Shown here in pieces: positions 1 to 13,705 of a stretch of DNA of 64,000 nucleotides. Made by a program: the position numbers and the translations under genes. How positions within the stretch are numbered: the stretch's first letter is position 1; every line of letters begins with the position of its first letter. The DNA is from Eledone cirrhosa (Eukaryota): NCBI GenBank assembly GCA_964016885.1, contig OZ024741.1, forward strand, positions 68,200,001-68,264,000, written 5' to 3'. The notes below the pieces were generated by a model, which ran no database searches, was not told the origin of the DNA, and worked only from the letters and a program-made list of their open reading frames with translations.

Positions 1-49
1 GTTAATCCACAATGTTCTGTTTATATAAGTATATATAATGCAAAGTAGC

Positions 50-240
50 TTTCTATAACATTTCATTTGAAGAGTTATATTTTCTTACTGTTTCACATTG
101 TGTCATGCTGAATCTCTGAGAATTTCATTAATATTACATATATCTGCGGAGTATTCGATCACTTTCATGTTACTTTTATGATCAGGATATTCAATTAATC
201 AAGCAATTGGAACACTCATCCTCACAACCGATGAAGATCC
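50..240 (+). mobile_element. Degraded copy of an interspersed repeat (related to 24110-24245)
   Basis: ctgagaatttcattaatattacatatatctgcggagtattcgatcactttcatgttac...ggaacactcatcctcacaaccgatgaag aligns by eye with ttgcgaattattttaaggtacacgaatctgttgaatgctaagccacttacaagttaat...gacacttatcgtcgagaccgacggag at 24120-24240. Confidence 0.45.
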
Positions 241-764
241 ATTCCAGTGAGTCCATATGACAATTTATGAATGTGTGAGCGCGCGTATATATGTGTTTAT
301 GTTAGACAGTTTGTGCCTGTGTGTATCAATGTGTATGTACTCCCATGTGACTGACTGTTTATGTATGTTTTCTAGGGATGTACAAAAATACGTATGTATC
401 AGTCTGTGTGTGTGTGTGTGTTTGTCTGTGATTGTCAGTATGTGGGTGTTAGAGGGTATGCTAGTAATACATGCATCAATGTGGTTATATATTATTGTGT
501 GTCAGTACTAATATGTCAGTCAGTCTGTACGTGTATGTCAGTACAGTATTAAATGTGTATGTGTATGTGTATGTATATATGTGTATTTGGTTTCTAAGAC
601 GAAACAATTTTAATTTCTTTCTCTGTAAGACAGAAATTCTGTTTTGACTGAACTCGTAAAACTAACTTGGAAGACGGACGACGGATCGGCAGCGTGTAAC
701 ACACACAGACACACATGACATGTACATTCATGTGTTCAGTGGAGTGTATGCTTTTATGTTAATA

Positions 765-924
765 CCGTGAAATTCCGTTATAACGAAATTTATGCGGTAT
801 AAAAAAATTCGTTGTTATGAAAAATTCTTTATAACGAGATCGACAGTGTGGAAAGGGGTTGAAAAAATTTCGTTATACTGAAAAATTCATTATAATGGTA
901 TTCGTTATAACGGTATTTTACCTG
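765..924. mobile_element. Tc1/mariner (pogo/Tigger-like) MITE
   Basis: Imperfect TIRs ccgtgaaattccgttataacgaa / ttcgttataacggtattttacctg, TA on both flanks, internal repeats of aaaaatt(c)gttata. Confidence 0.75.
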
Positions 925-1000
925 TATATAAATGTATATATAAGCAGTAGTATATTTGTGTGTGCGTAAGTGTGTGTGAAGGTATATTAAAAACCATATA

Positions 1001-1210
1001 CAGGGTGGGTCAAAAGTTACTTCTTATTTATTTTTCCTATTGATAAAACATTACAAATTAACTCAAAACTAATTTTTATATCTTTAAATTAAATTTTATA
1101 ATTGAATCTTGTTTTGATTTAACTTTAATCTGAAAGAAAAAATATATATTTTTTCATAATAAAAATAATTATGATTTTTTTAAATAGGAAGTGACTTTTA
1201 GCCAACCCTG
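1001..1210. mobile_element. Tc1/mariner-type MITE
   Basis: About 30-bp TIRs cagggtgggtcaaaagttacttcttattta / taaataggaagtgacttttagccaaccctg, flanked by TA. Confidence 0.8.
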
Positions 1211-1523
1211 TATTAAAAGATTTAAAAGGAAATTTAATGTCGATGTAATTACTTTTGTTGTTAATTAGAAGACTTCGTTGGCCGGACGTAAGTTGTTTTT
1301 CTCCTGATGGGGGCATCTCCATACTTTTTTATATATTTGTTATCTATCCTTGTTTTGCTTCCACAATCGATTCGGCATAACCGCCACTCCTCGCCACACA
1401 CACAGACACACACACACACCCACACCGACACACACACACACACTCACAGTATGTAATGTCTTTCTCACCCTTCTAGCAAATGAAATAGCCTACGTTAGAA
1501 ATTATTATTATTTGTGTTTTTCA

Positions 1524-1690
1524 GGGTGGTGGATTGGCATTATCGGTAGAGGATCGGACGCCATGCTTTGCAGCATAGGGTTACGTCCCTTTACAGACTG
1601 AGTTCAAATCCCGCCGAGGTTAACTTCGATAAAATAAAGTACCAGTAATACACTGGGGTAATTGCTGATCTTGTGCCAAAAGTAGAAACA
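1524..1690 (+). mobile_element. tRNA-derived SINE (dominant family), with 14-bp TSD
   Basis: Head ggtggattggcattatcggtagag (A-box-like), gagttcaaatcc (B-box), body cgataaaataaagtaccagt, tail gtgccaaaagtagaaaca; attatttgtgtttt duplicated at 1507-1520 and 1691-1704. Confidence 0.9.
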
Positions 1691-3650
1691 ATTATTTGTG
1701 TTTTCCTCATCCTTCAGTTTTGTCTCCTCTTCTAGCTGAGTGTCTCACCGAGACCTAAGCAAAAACAATTCACTGCATACAAAATAAAATAAGCGACAAA
1801 AATAAACACACCAGATTGTTCACGTCATGTACTTTACAACGTTACCAGTATGTCATTTGCTTTATACATGAGCACATTATCTGTTTAAAATCATATTTAC
1901 ACCAGAATGATAAACAATTATAAAAGAGTGCACGAGTTTCGACTACATCACTTGGTGCACTTCCATATTCCTGAGATGTGCAGCCTTGTGTGTGTTTATT
2001 TTTATATAGGTGAGAGGAATATTGACTACTCCTGATAGTGAACTTCATTAGTTTTATTTTGTTTGTTACGCAGGTCAGCTTGTTTCTTGTGCTATTTTAG
2101 TGTTTGTATCTGTAATGTCAGTTGTGTTATTTTATTGGGTATTAATTATGTAGAGTATACGTTATGTAAGATGTCTTGTTATATTTTATTAGATGCACGT
2201 TATATAGATTGTGCTCTGTGAGGAGATTGTTCTTTTTGGTTTGCGCTATTTAATGGATATAGTGTCTTATACAGGATGTTGGCTGTTGCCAGCAGAGCTA
2301 TTTTTTTACATCGTGTAGCATTGTAATGGCTTCTATGTTTTTGTTCATATTTATTTAGTTTTGTTTGTTTATTTTTTTTGTCAAATTCTAGTGCTCAACT
2401 TATTATTGGCATCGTTTTTCCCTTCATGTCCCACATCTTGTATATTTCGATTTGAAGGTCCTTGTATTTCGACAGTTTTTCCACTTCTTTTCGTGAAATA
2501 TTATGGTGAAGTGAGATTGCAATGTCTATCAGTGCGCATGTATGTTTTCCAAGCCATAATTATCATGTCTGAACAGTTTGCTTTCATTTCCTTGTAGTTT
2601 ATACAGACATATCCCACATGATTTTGGCAAGTCGTTTGGTATATGTGAAGATAACACTTTTTGTACATTTTTACATTGAAATTGTGATATATAGCAGACT
2701 ACTCAATCATGTGTATATATTCAGATTGGGTAGCCGAATATGATGTGATCGCTCTCTCATAGTGCTGCTTGCACAGTTTCCATTTGGTATTGGGATCCTT
2801 TTTCGTTGTTTTTGTGCTTATAATTGTTTATAATGGTTTTGTGCAGCGAGAATCAGTTCCATGTTAGCTTTTAGTCAGGCGCTTTTGAGCCATTGGTGAC
2901 CTGCACTTTGGCTCTCTCAGGAGTATATTTTGTTTTTTGTCTCGTTAACTCCTTTTTGGTGTTGCTATTTAGTTTTATTGTTTCAGCGTAGTTTGCTTCT
3001 ATTTCGTAATTTACCGTTTCCTTGTCTATACAGAAAATTTTCTTTTTAGTGTTTCTTTATTACAATCACCAGTCTTCCTCTATTTGCTGCTAAGTGTTTT
3101 TCAGTCCCATTCTTGTTATTTTGTAGTAGTTTCCTGTTTGTGTCAGATCCCACCCTCCTTGTGTGCAGGGTAAGCATAATCTGTTGATGTCTGCTTTTGA
3201 GTGGTGACCTTCGTACGTTTATCATTGTGTTGAACAGATTTGCTCCAAATGTTATTCCAAAACGACAATGCTTTCTTCTGTATATGGCCTTACATCATTG
3301 TTCCTTTCCAGTTTCTCTAACAAACTTTTTTGGTTAATTTGAAAGAATCTATTCAGCATGTATTGGTTACTTCTCTTTCGTATTTCTTTAGCTTTGCTGT
3401 CTTTGATTCTATTTCGTTGTTTCACCTCCTCCGCCACTATATTTATTCACTTATTCTTCACATGATATTGTATTTACAGTGCTCCTATTTTCCATTCGTT
3501 CATTCTTCTATTCTTCCTATTTGCGTAGATCCATCTTCAATTTTGTAACACTGTCCTGGATCCTTTTCTTCCACCATGGCTGCCTGTTAGTCCCTTTTTA
3601 TCTTTTAATTCCCAACAAGTCAACTGCAACATTTTCCCCAGTATGTACTA
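1691..3650 (-). mobile_element. Decayed R4/Dong-like non-LTR retrotransposon (restriction-enzyme-like endonuclease), RT core deleted
   Basis: Minus-strand translation shows PWWKKRIQ..LKMDL (~3560), LNRFFQINQKS (~3340), HHSKADINRLCLPCTQGG (~3170), LILAAQ (~2850), CCHC remnant (~2750), LIDIAISLHHNISRKEVEKLSKYKDLQIEIYKMW (~2430-2530) and VKKIALLATANILYKTL (~2270-2310); stops and frameshifts throughout. Confidence 0.85.
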
Positions 3651-4029
3651 AGAGGTTAGTATGGCCGTTGGCTCTTATGAGTTCTTCCGACCTTTATACA
3701 TATTCATACATAAACATATACACACACATATACTAATTCACAAAATTATATTATACATATACATACACAAACACAAAGTTACATTCACTCATATATATTC
3801 ACATAGCAACATATACATACACATACACATATTTACATATACAAAAATACGTACGTACCTTTATCTATATATGTATCTGCTATTTCGCACTGTATACAAG
3901 TCTATAGTTACAGAATCGAACGGTATGTTCAGTACTGAAATATTGTTTGTTCAGTAGTTTTTCAACAACGATACATCCAGTGTTGAAATAACGTTTGTTC
4001 ATTAACTTCATTGTTTTCAAAATGACAGA

Positions 4030-4385
4030 TGCTTAGAATGGAGTGGTTGGATACAAGCCTGGGCGATGTGGTTTGGAGGACAGGATGTTGCCTATGCAGC
4101 ATGCCCCCCCCCCCCCACCCTCTCCCCAACGCTGCTGGATCCAAAGGAAAAGCGAGGCTGCTACAGTTTGGCATCAGCGCTGTCGCAGGAGCTGCCAGAA
4201 CAATGTTTTAACCATCGACAAACTGCCGTAGGCCCTACGACACCGGATTTTTCCACAAAGTTTATTCCTGAAGCCTTCCCATGACTGGGTATCACCACAA
4301 GGCAGCGGAGGTTTGGATTCAGAGTTTCCTTCTCATAGATGGACTACCTGCCAAATTTAACGAGCTCCATCTGGTCCAATGTGGC
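4030..4385 (+). mobile_element. Non-coding fragment resembling an RTE-associated 5' UTR or SINE sequence
   Basis: GC-richer block (ctacagtttggcatcagcgctgtcgcagg...ttctcatagatggactacctgcc...gagctccatctg) resembles recalled RTE-associated repeats; no ORF. Confidence 0.35.
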
Positions 4386-4525
4386 AGGTAGTATAGCGTT
4401 ACATGGTAGCCAATAGCAGGAAAATCCAGAGAAACCAGAAAAACCTGACCTGACGTCTGCGTTAGAAACAACTGCAAGAAAACTATTGAATTGGGGCAAT
4501 AAGTAGAGTGTTGTAATGTTTAATC

Positions 4526-4561
4526 CACTTCGCTTCACTTCACTTCACTTCACTTCACTTC
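4526..4561 (+). repeat. (CACTT)n pentanucleotide microsatellite
   Basis: cacttcgcttcacttcacttcacttcacttcactt. Confidence 0.9.
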
Positions 4562-4949
4562 TGAATAAATGTTATATTTTTCGGTTCGAGAAAATAAAGT
4601 AAACAATAACCTACTTGCTTCCACTGTTTCCCAGAAAATATGTAGCCTTTTATGAATGTTTGAAGCCATAGATATTGTACTGCTGACATATATTATTATG
4701 CATGATGTGAAAACCAACATGTGGGGAGCTCTCACTTCGTTTAACCAATGGGTTTATATTACTGGGTATCTGGCTAACTCTAAATGTTTTTCAGGCTTTA
4801 TAGTGCATATTGTGTTTATTAGCGTGTCTTATACACTTCGTCAAATATTTAAACGTCTATTGCACAATGTTCTTGCTTTTAACCTCGTTTGTTTATATAA
4901 TTTGTTCATTCTACTCCACATGTATTGTAAACCACGGTCAGGGTCAAGG

Positions 4950-5795
4950 AAAATTCCACTCAAGTTTTCTATAGAGGACTCGTGATGGGCAAGTGCGACG
5001 ACATTTTCGGAGAGGCTCTGGACATCGACGAAATCTAACTGACCTGACTGGTCCGGAGAACTTTCGATCCCGGGGCAATAGATAACTACTAGAAATCTCT
5101 AACTTGAGGTGCTAACGGTGGAGGGAGCACTGCCGGGTCGAGACAAACTCTTCAGGCACGGTAATGCTGTCAGGCGGACCTGTCTGAGATGTACGCACTC
5201 GTCCAGTCTCCGTGCATTACTTACTTGTGGAGTTTTGTCGAAGAGTTACTATCGTGCGTAGGACGGATCCAGCTATCGACCGAGTCCATTGCAAAAATCG
5301 CCCTACCGCTTTCTTTTGGTTGAGAAGGGCAGGCAGTTTTCTTCTGTCAAGAGGCTGTAGCGAAAGAGGTTGTGTGGTGGACGCGACTGAAAGGACCGAA
5401 CAGACACTTTCCTCTTCGGTGGAGCTCTCATCAACTTTATCAAGTTCCACTTAGAAACGAAAGTAAAGGTGGAGAGGGTTAAAAGGTGAGTGAATGTAGC
5501 GAGTGAATGTAGCGAGGATGGAGTAAATGCGCCTACGCTGGTTAAGCGCCTGTTGGCTAGAAACTTTAGAGAGGAGCGCCCTCCTAGGGTGTTCTTGGAG
5601 AATATGGTGGTTAAGGATCAGTATGTTCCCTAAGTTACTCTGTGTGGTGCTGTACCTGTTTGGAGAATTTTTTGTTACAATTGTAATTTTTGTTATCTGT
5701 TATCTTCCTTTTACACGTTTTCTGTAAATCATCACAGAATCCCAGTTTTTCGTATTGTTCTCTATGTTTCGGCCCTAGGAGCCAATAAAGAAATT
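4950..5795 (+). mobile_element. 3' fragment of an L1/Tx1-clade LINE (zf-RVT region plus 3' UTR)
   Basis: Frameshifted translation RGALP.RDKLFRHGNAVRRTCLRC (~5120-5195) typical of zf-RVT; T-rich 3' UTR ending at aataaa (5784-5789). Confidence 0.65.
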
Positions 5796-5818
5796 ATAAT
5801 AATTATTGTTATTATTAT

Positions 5819-6103
5819 AATTCAAATCTCGCCAAGGTTAACTTTGCCTTTCATCCTTACGGGGTCGATAAAATAAAGTACCATTCACGCACTGGGGTCG
5901 ATTTAATCAACTATCCCTTCCCACAAAATTGCTGGCCTTGTGCCTATATAAGAAACCATTATATTTCAAATCCCGCCAAGGTTAGCTTTGCCTGTCATCC
6001 TTACGGCATCGATAAAATAAAGTACCAGTCGTGCACTAGTCGATTTAATCGACTTTACCGATCCCTTCAAATTGCTGACCTTGTGCCTAAAGTAGAAACA
6101 ATT
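5819..6103 (+). mobile_element. Two tandem 5'-truncated SINE copies (dominant family)
   Basis: ttcaaatc.cgccaaggtta.ctttgcct.tcatccttacgg..tcgataaaataaagtacca at ~5821 and ~5966. Confidence 0.9.
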
Positions 6104-6270
6104 ATCTCCTTATAATATATAACCAGCAATTTCTCTGTCTGTCTGTCCGAGGCGTAGAGAGAGAGTGGGAGTGAAAGAAAGATACAGACTACAAGAGGGG
6201 GATAGCGGGAGGGAGAGAGAGAGACGCTGGAAGAGGGGAAGGAAAGCTATGTCTTGCTGTCTGCATTACG

Positions 6271-6959
6271 ATACATATATATATACACACACACACACTG
6301 AGCGCGTCATAATGACGTAATGCAGACAGCTAGACATACAGACAGATATTATAAGGGCGCAACGTTATATCTATGTATCTAACTAAAAAGAAAGACTAAG
6401 AATTATATAGAGAGAACGCTAAATCGCCTAATGCGGTCCCTAGGGCATTGAAAATTTGAAATAATCTTTGCTCAAAAGACTCACAGGACCATAAGTATTA
6501 CATGTCTAAAGTTTGAAAACAATCGGTTGGATGGTTCTCAAGTTTTAGTGAGCTGACAGACAGACAGACATTCTCTGTTTTAGATATATAGACTAGCAGA
6601 AAACCGCCCCCCCCCCCAGGGTGGTTTTCTGCTATCTATATTACTAAAACAGAGAATGTCTGTTTGTCTCTCTGTCTAACCAATCACTAAAACTCGAGAA
6701 CCACCCAACCGATTGTTTTCAAACTTTACACATGTAATACTTATGGTCCTATTGAGTGTTCTGAGCAAAAAAAATCAAATTGTCAATGCCCTAGGGACCG
6801 TATTAGGCGATTTAGTGATCTCTTTTTCTCTCTCTTAGTCTTTCTCTTTTTAGATAGATACATAGATAATACGTCGCTCCCTTATAATATCTGTCTGTGT
6901 GCCTGACTGTTTGCATTACGTCATTATGACGCGATCAGTGTGTGTGTGTATATATGTAT
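6271..6959. mobile_element. About 690-bp imperfect palindrome made of two Helitron-like 5' segments
   Basis: Arms 6271-6605 and 6623-6959 are reverse complements (e.g. aatgcggtccctagggcattga / tcaatgccctagggaccgtatt); each begins tctatat..ctaaaacagagaatgtctg with caaccgattgttttcaaacttt, similar to the Helitron at 7410. Confidence 0.75.
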
Positions 6960-7100
6960 ATATATATAGGGTGTGTATATATATATATATATATTTATGC
7001 CAGGGAACGTCTTCGCGAACCAAAGTATCGTCTTCCTGTTTTCCTTCGGTTGCAACGTTTTTCGAAATATTTACATCTGCGTTCACAGATTGATTTTTTT

Positions 7101-7151
7101 AGTTTCAGAAGATCCCGTTAAGGTTGAAAGCAGCGATTCTTTACTTAAACT
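7101..7151 (+). ncRNA. Type I hammerhead-like fold, variant core CAGAAGA (copy 1, slightly decayed)
   Basis: agttt-CAGAAGA-t ccc gttaa ggt t-GAAA-gca gcgattctt tac-TT-aaact. Confidence 0.55.
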
Positions 7152-7339
7152 TTAATATGTTATTTTAATATAGATATTCGTGTACAGATATTTTTGCATA
7201 CACAAAAACAAAATATAAACAAACAAGGCCAAAGATTACATCAGTTAGTCTCAGTGTACTTCATACTGCTTTTAGGTAGAAGATCCCGTTAAGGGTGGAA
7301 GCAGCAATTCATTTTCTGCGTTCACAGATTGATTTTTTC

Positions 7340-7390
7340 AGTTTCAGAATATCCCGTTAAGGGTGAAAGCAGCGATTCTTTGCTTAAACT
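7340..7390 (+). ncRNA. Type I hammerhead-like fold, variant core (copy 2; core reads CAGAATA)
   Basis: agttt-CAGAATA-t ccc gttaa ggg t-GAAA-gca gcgattctt tgc-TT-aaact; 239 nt downstream of copy 1. Confidence 0.5.
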
Positions 7391-7409
7391 TTAATCTGTT
7401 ATTTTAATA

Positions 7410-8249
7410 TCTGTATATATATAAAATTAAGTATGTGTGTGTTTGTCTGTGTGTCTGTGTATTACCTATAGGGATCTTACGACCGATTTTCATGAAACTT
7501 TACAGGCTCATAGATTAGTCATCGGGGAGTGTTTTCTATACATCAGCGTATCATTTTTTTTTATTCCGGGGTCATTCTCCAGATAAAAATCGATAGGGGA
7601 GGTCACCTTTTTTTAGGTATCGAAAATAAGATTTTTGGCTCTAGCTCCCACATTTTGCCGGCGATTTCGTTCAAATTTTAAAGCAAAATAGAATTTATCA
7701 TTGCACATCCTATAATGGCTTTAGATTTTGGATTTTTTGTTCAGGAATGGCGTGGCAGCCGCTTAGATATTCGAAAATACCATCTTTTCGCTCAAATTTC
7801 AGCCTTTTCGGCTCTAGCTCCCTCATTTTTCAACCGATTTCGCTCAAATTCGAAACTTCGGCTTCACCTCACACATAAATCAATTTATTTGGTTCAACTT
7901 TTATACTTCGATAGAACTTATCATTACACATCTTATAGATGGTCAAAGGCAAAACGATGGCCACTGACGTCGTCTGAGCTTTTAGTTGTATATTTGAGAA
8001 TTCATCGGTTTCCAATCAAGTTGCGTGAGGAAATTTGGCTTAGTGTTAGAGGTCATTACCTGCCTCCCCCAGCATGCCCCCTCGTCAGTCACCCGCCTTT
8101 CTCAGTGATAAAGGTAATCACCACTCTCCCCCGCATGGCCTGTGTGTGGCCATAGATGAGTCATCGAGAAGCAGTCGCTAAGATCAACACCTTTTCATCA
8201 AAGCAGATATTATTTTACCTACCCAGGCAACGCTAGGTACTGCTGCTAG
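7410..8249 (+). mobile_element. Non-autonomous Helitron
   Basis: 5' TC (tctgtatatatataaaattaagtatgtgtgtgtttgtctg), subterminal hairpin acccaggcaacgctaggt, 3' CTAG, inserted between A7409 and T8250 with no TSD. Confidence 0.8.
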
Positions 8250-8414
8250 TATATATATATAATTATATATTCGTGTACAGATATTTTTGCATTCACAATA
8301 ACAAAATGTAAACAAACGTATTTATTTCACGAGGCTCGATAAGGATAAATATATATCAAATATATAAGAACCCTAGAGCAAATCCCGAGCAACGCCGAGC
8401 CATTCTGCTAATCA

Positions 8415-8600
8415 TTGGATTGGCAGTATCGGTAGAGGGTCGGACGCCGTGCTTTCAAGCATAGTTACGTCCTTTAACGATCTGAGTTCAAATCCGGCCG
8501 AGGTTGACTTTGCCTTTCATCCTTACGGGGTCGATAAAATAAAGTACCTGTAATGCACTGGTTAATTGCTGGCCTTGTTCCAAAAGTAGAAACAATTATT
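8415..8600 (+). mobile_element. tRNA-derived SINE (dominant family)
   Basis: ggattggcagtatcggtagagggtcggacg...gagttcaaatcc...ccttgttccaaaagtagaaacaattatt. Confidence 0.9.
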
Positions 8601-9067
8601 ACTATTTAAAGACTAGTGATATGCTTTTCATCATTCCGAAGTTGGTAAGATAAAGCACCAATCAAGAATCGACTTTCCCCTCTTCATAAATTGTAGGCTT
8701 TGCGCTGAGAATAGAAACCCATCTGAAAAAGGAGTCCCACGAAGTGGGATGAGTGTTGCAGCGGATGTCGTTGGCCATTGTCCGCGGTAATGCCTTTTCC
8801 ATTTTATCCGCGGGTTGCAACGGAAAGACCACACCCCTGCCTCCTTTCTTTTGTTGCTTAATAATGCTTGACCGTTCCCGCCTTTCCTCTCATTTATAGT
8901 CTTTTACAATGCTACATTTTTTTTCATTTTACATTTGACTAAATATTAAATTCTTTATTATTTTTATGTAATTGTATCCTAAAAGTAAAAATATATTTTT
9001 CCTATGTTATTTCTAAAAAACGAAAAAATGCTTTTAATTTGCGCGGCATTTAGTTACAACTTTTAAT

Positions 9068-9197
9068 GTTCTGGGTTCAAAACCGAGCAAGATCAACTTT
9101 GCTTTTCATCGGTAAAAAGAAGTACAAGTCAAGCAGCGAGGTCGATGAAATCGACTTTTCTCCGTCAAAATATTGCTGGCCTTGTACTTAAATTAAA
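9068..9197 (+). mobile_element. Diverged SINE fragment
   Basis: gttctgggttcaaaa...caactttgcttttcatc...gctggccttgtac. Confidence 0.65.
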
Positions 9198-9519
9198 TAT
9201 TTGAACGTCCACCACACAATTTTTACTCCACGCCCCCGATCCATTAAAGAAAAAGAAACAAACGCTATTTACGCAAACTACCCATTTACCGCACCCATAT
9301 CTTTCCACGTTCAACTAATACAACCACCACCTCATTCATTACCACTCCCCTTACTTCACTGACAACTTGAGATTTATATTTGTTAGTGTCGAAGCCAATA
9401 GATCACATAATAACTGTCATACGTTGGGATGAGATGTGCTATACAACCTTATTAAGACTTAACGATGCCAGGTAACGTAAAAGATTGAATTGGTTTACAT
9501 TTACACACATATGCACATG

Positions 9520-9590
<71 letters not shown>

Positions 9591-9787
9591 CGATATGAAT
9601 CGAAGTTGTAGCCGCCCGCAATATATATATATATATATATATTGTATAGAATACATTGTATACATAAACATATATACAGAATACATATTCATATATATAC
9701 ACTCACATTATATGTACAATATATATATATATATATAGATATAGATAGGTAAATATACACGGGTGTGTATGATAGTGTATAGAAGAT

Positions 9788-10119
9788 TATATTAATAAGA
9801 GGAATTCCAACTTTGTCTGATTTATTCGTTTTATTTACAATCCTTTAAAATATATAATGGTATTATAATGAAATAGTATGATAGAATATTAAATTCTAAG
9901 TGTTAATTGAACAAGTACTTTCATTGTTGAAAATTGCAAACTCGACTGTCACCACGTATCATGAACCTGAAGATTGCGAAAGCATGAAAGTACTTGTTCA
10001 ATTAACACTTAGAATTTAATATTCTATCATACTATTTCATTATAATACCATATTATATATATTTTAAAGGATTGTAAATAAAACGAGTAAATCAGACAAA
10101 GTTGGAATTCCTCTTATTA

Positions 10120-10124
<5 letters not shown>
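9788..10124. repeat. Fold-back inverted repeat (about 137-bp arms, about 60-bp spacer) carrying a hammerhead
   Basis: 9788-9924 is the reverse complement of 9984-10124 with few differences. Confidence 0.95.
9962..10000 (+). ncRNA. Minimal type I hammerhead ribozyme
   Basis: Stem I tgaac/gttca; CTGAAGA; stem II tgc-gaaa-gca; GAAA; palindromic stem III agtact; predicted cleavage 3' of T9995. Confidence 0.75.
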
Positions 10125-10170
<46 letters not shown>

Positions 10171-10180
10171 TATATATATA

Positions 10181-10221
<41 letters not shown>

Positions 10222-10295
10222 ATATTCGATTTTGAATCGAAGTTGTAGCCGCAATATATATATACATATACATATATGTATATATATGTATATAG

Positions 10296-10328
<33 letters not shown>

Positions 10329-10331
<3 letters not shown>

Positions 10332-10505
10332 TGTTTCTACTTTTGGCACAAGGCCAGCAATTACTGGTACTTTATTTTATCGACCCCGTAAGGATGATAG
10401 GCAAAGTTGACCTCGGCGGGATTTGAACTCAGAATGGAAAGGGCCGTAACTCTATGCGTCAAAGCATGGCGTCCGACCCTCTACTGATACTGCCACTCCA
10501 CCGCC

Positions 10506-10507
<2 letters not shown>
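10329..10507 (-). mobile_element. tRNA-derived SINE (dominant family)
   Basis: Reverse complement of the consensus seen at 22794 and 38039. Confidence 0.9.
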
Positions 10508-12282
<1,775 letters not shown>

Positions 12283-12314
12283 ATAGTTATGTAATAAACA
12301 ACATAAGATAATTA

Positions 12315-12375
12315 TTTCATTTACCAGTGGTTTCTTGAAAGCAAACGAAATTTGCTTTCAGTCATCAGAATGAAA
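12315..12375 (-). ncRNA. Type I hammerhead ribozyme (left arm, minus strand)
   Basis: Reverse complement of the hammerhead at 12457-12517. Confidence 0.8.
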
Positions 12376-12456
12376 AAATACTCGTGTATTTATTGACAGA
12401 GGATTTTAAAAACCATTGGTTTTAAAAATCCACTGTCAATAAATACACCAGGATTT

Positions 12457-12517
12457 TTTCATTCTGATGACTGAAAGCAAATTTCGTTTGCTTTCAAGAA
12501 ACCACTGGTAAATGAAA
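12457..12517 (+). ncRNA. Type I hammerhead ribozyme (right arm)
   Basis: Stem I tttcatt/aatgaaa; CTGATGA; stem II tgaaagcaaa-tttcg-tttgctttca; GAAA; stem III acca-c-tggt; predicted cleavage 3' of A12510 (GUA). Confidence 0.85.
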
Positions 12518-12614
12518 TAATTATCTTATCTTGTTTATTACATAACTATTAAGCTCAGTAACCTACATAGAGCACTCTTTTTTCTTGGACTTTTCCGACG
12601 GAATTACTTCCTTT

Positions 12615-13704
<1,090 letters not shown>

Positions 13705-13705
<1 letters not shown>

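Larger units (their letters stand above)
12283..12549. repeat. Near-perfect 267-bp palindrome centred on T12416
   Basis: atagttatgtaataaaca...aaaaacca-t-tggttttt...tgtttattacataactat, with only a few mismatches. Confidence 0.95.

Noticed and set aside
7715-8155. 146-aa ORF
   Set aside because: Lies inside a non-autonomous Helitron and shows no Rep/helicase or other recognisable motif
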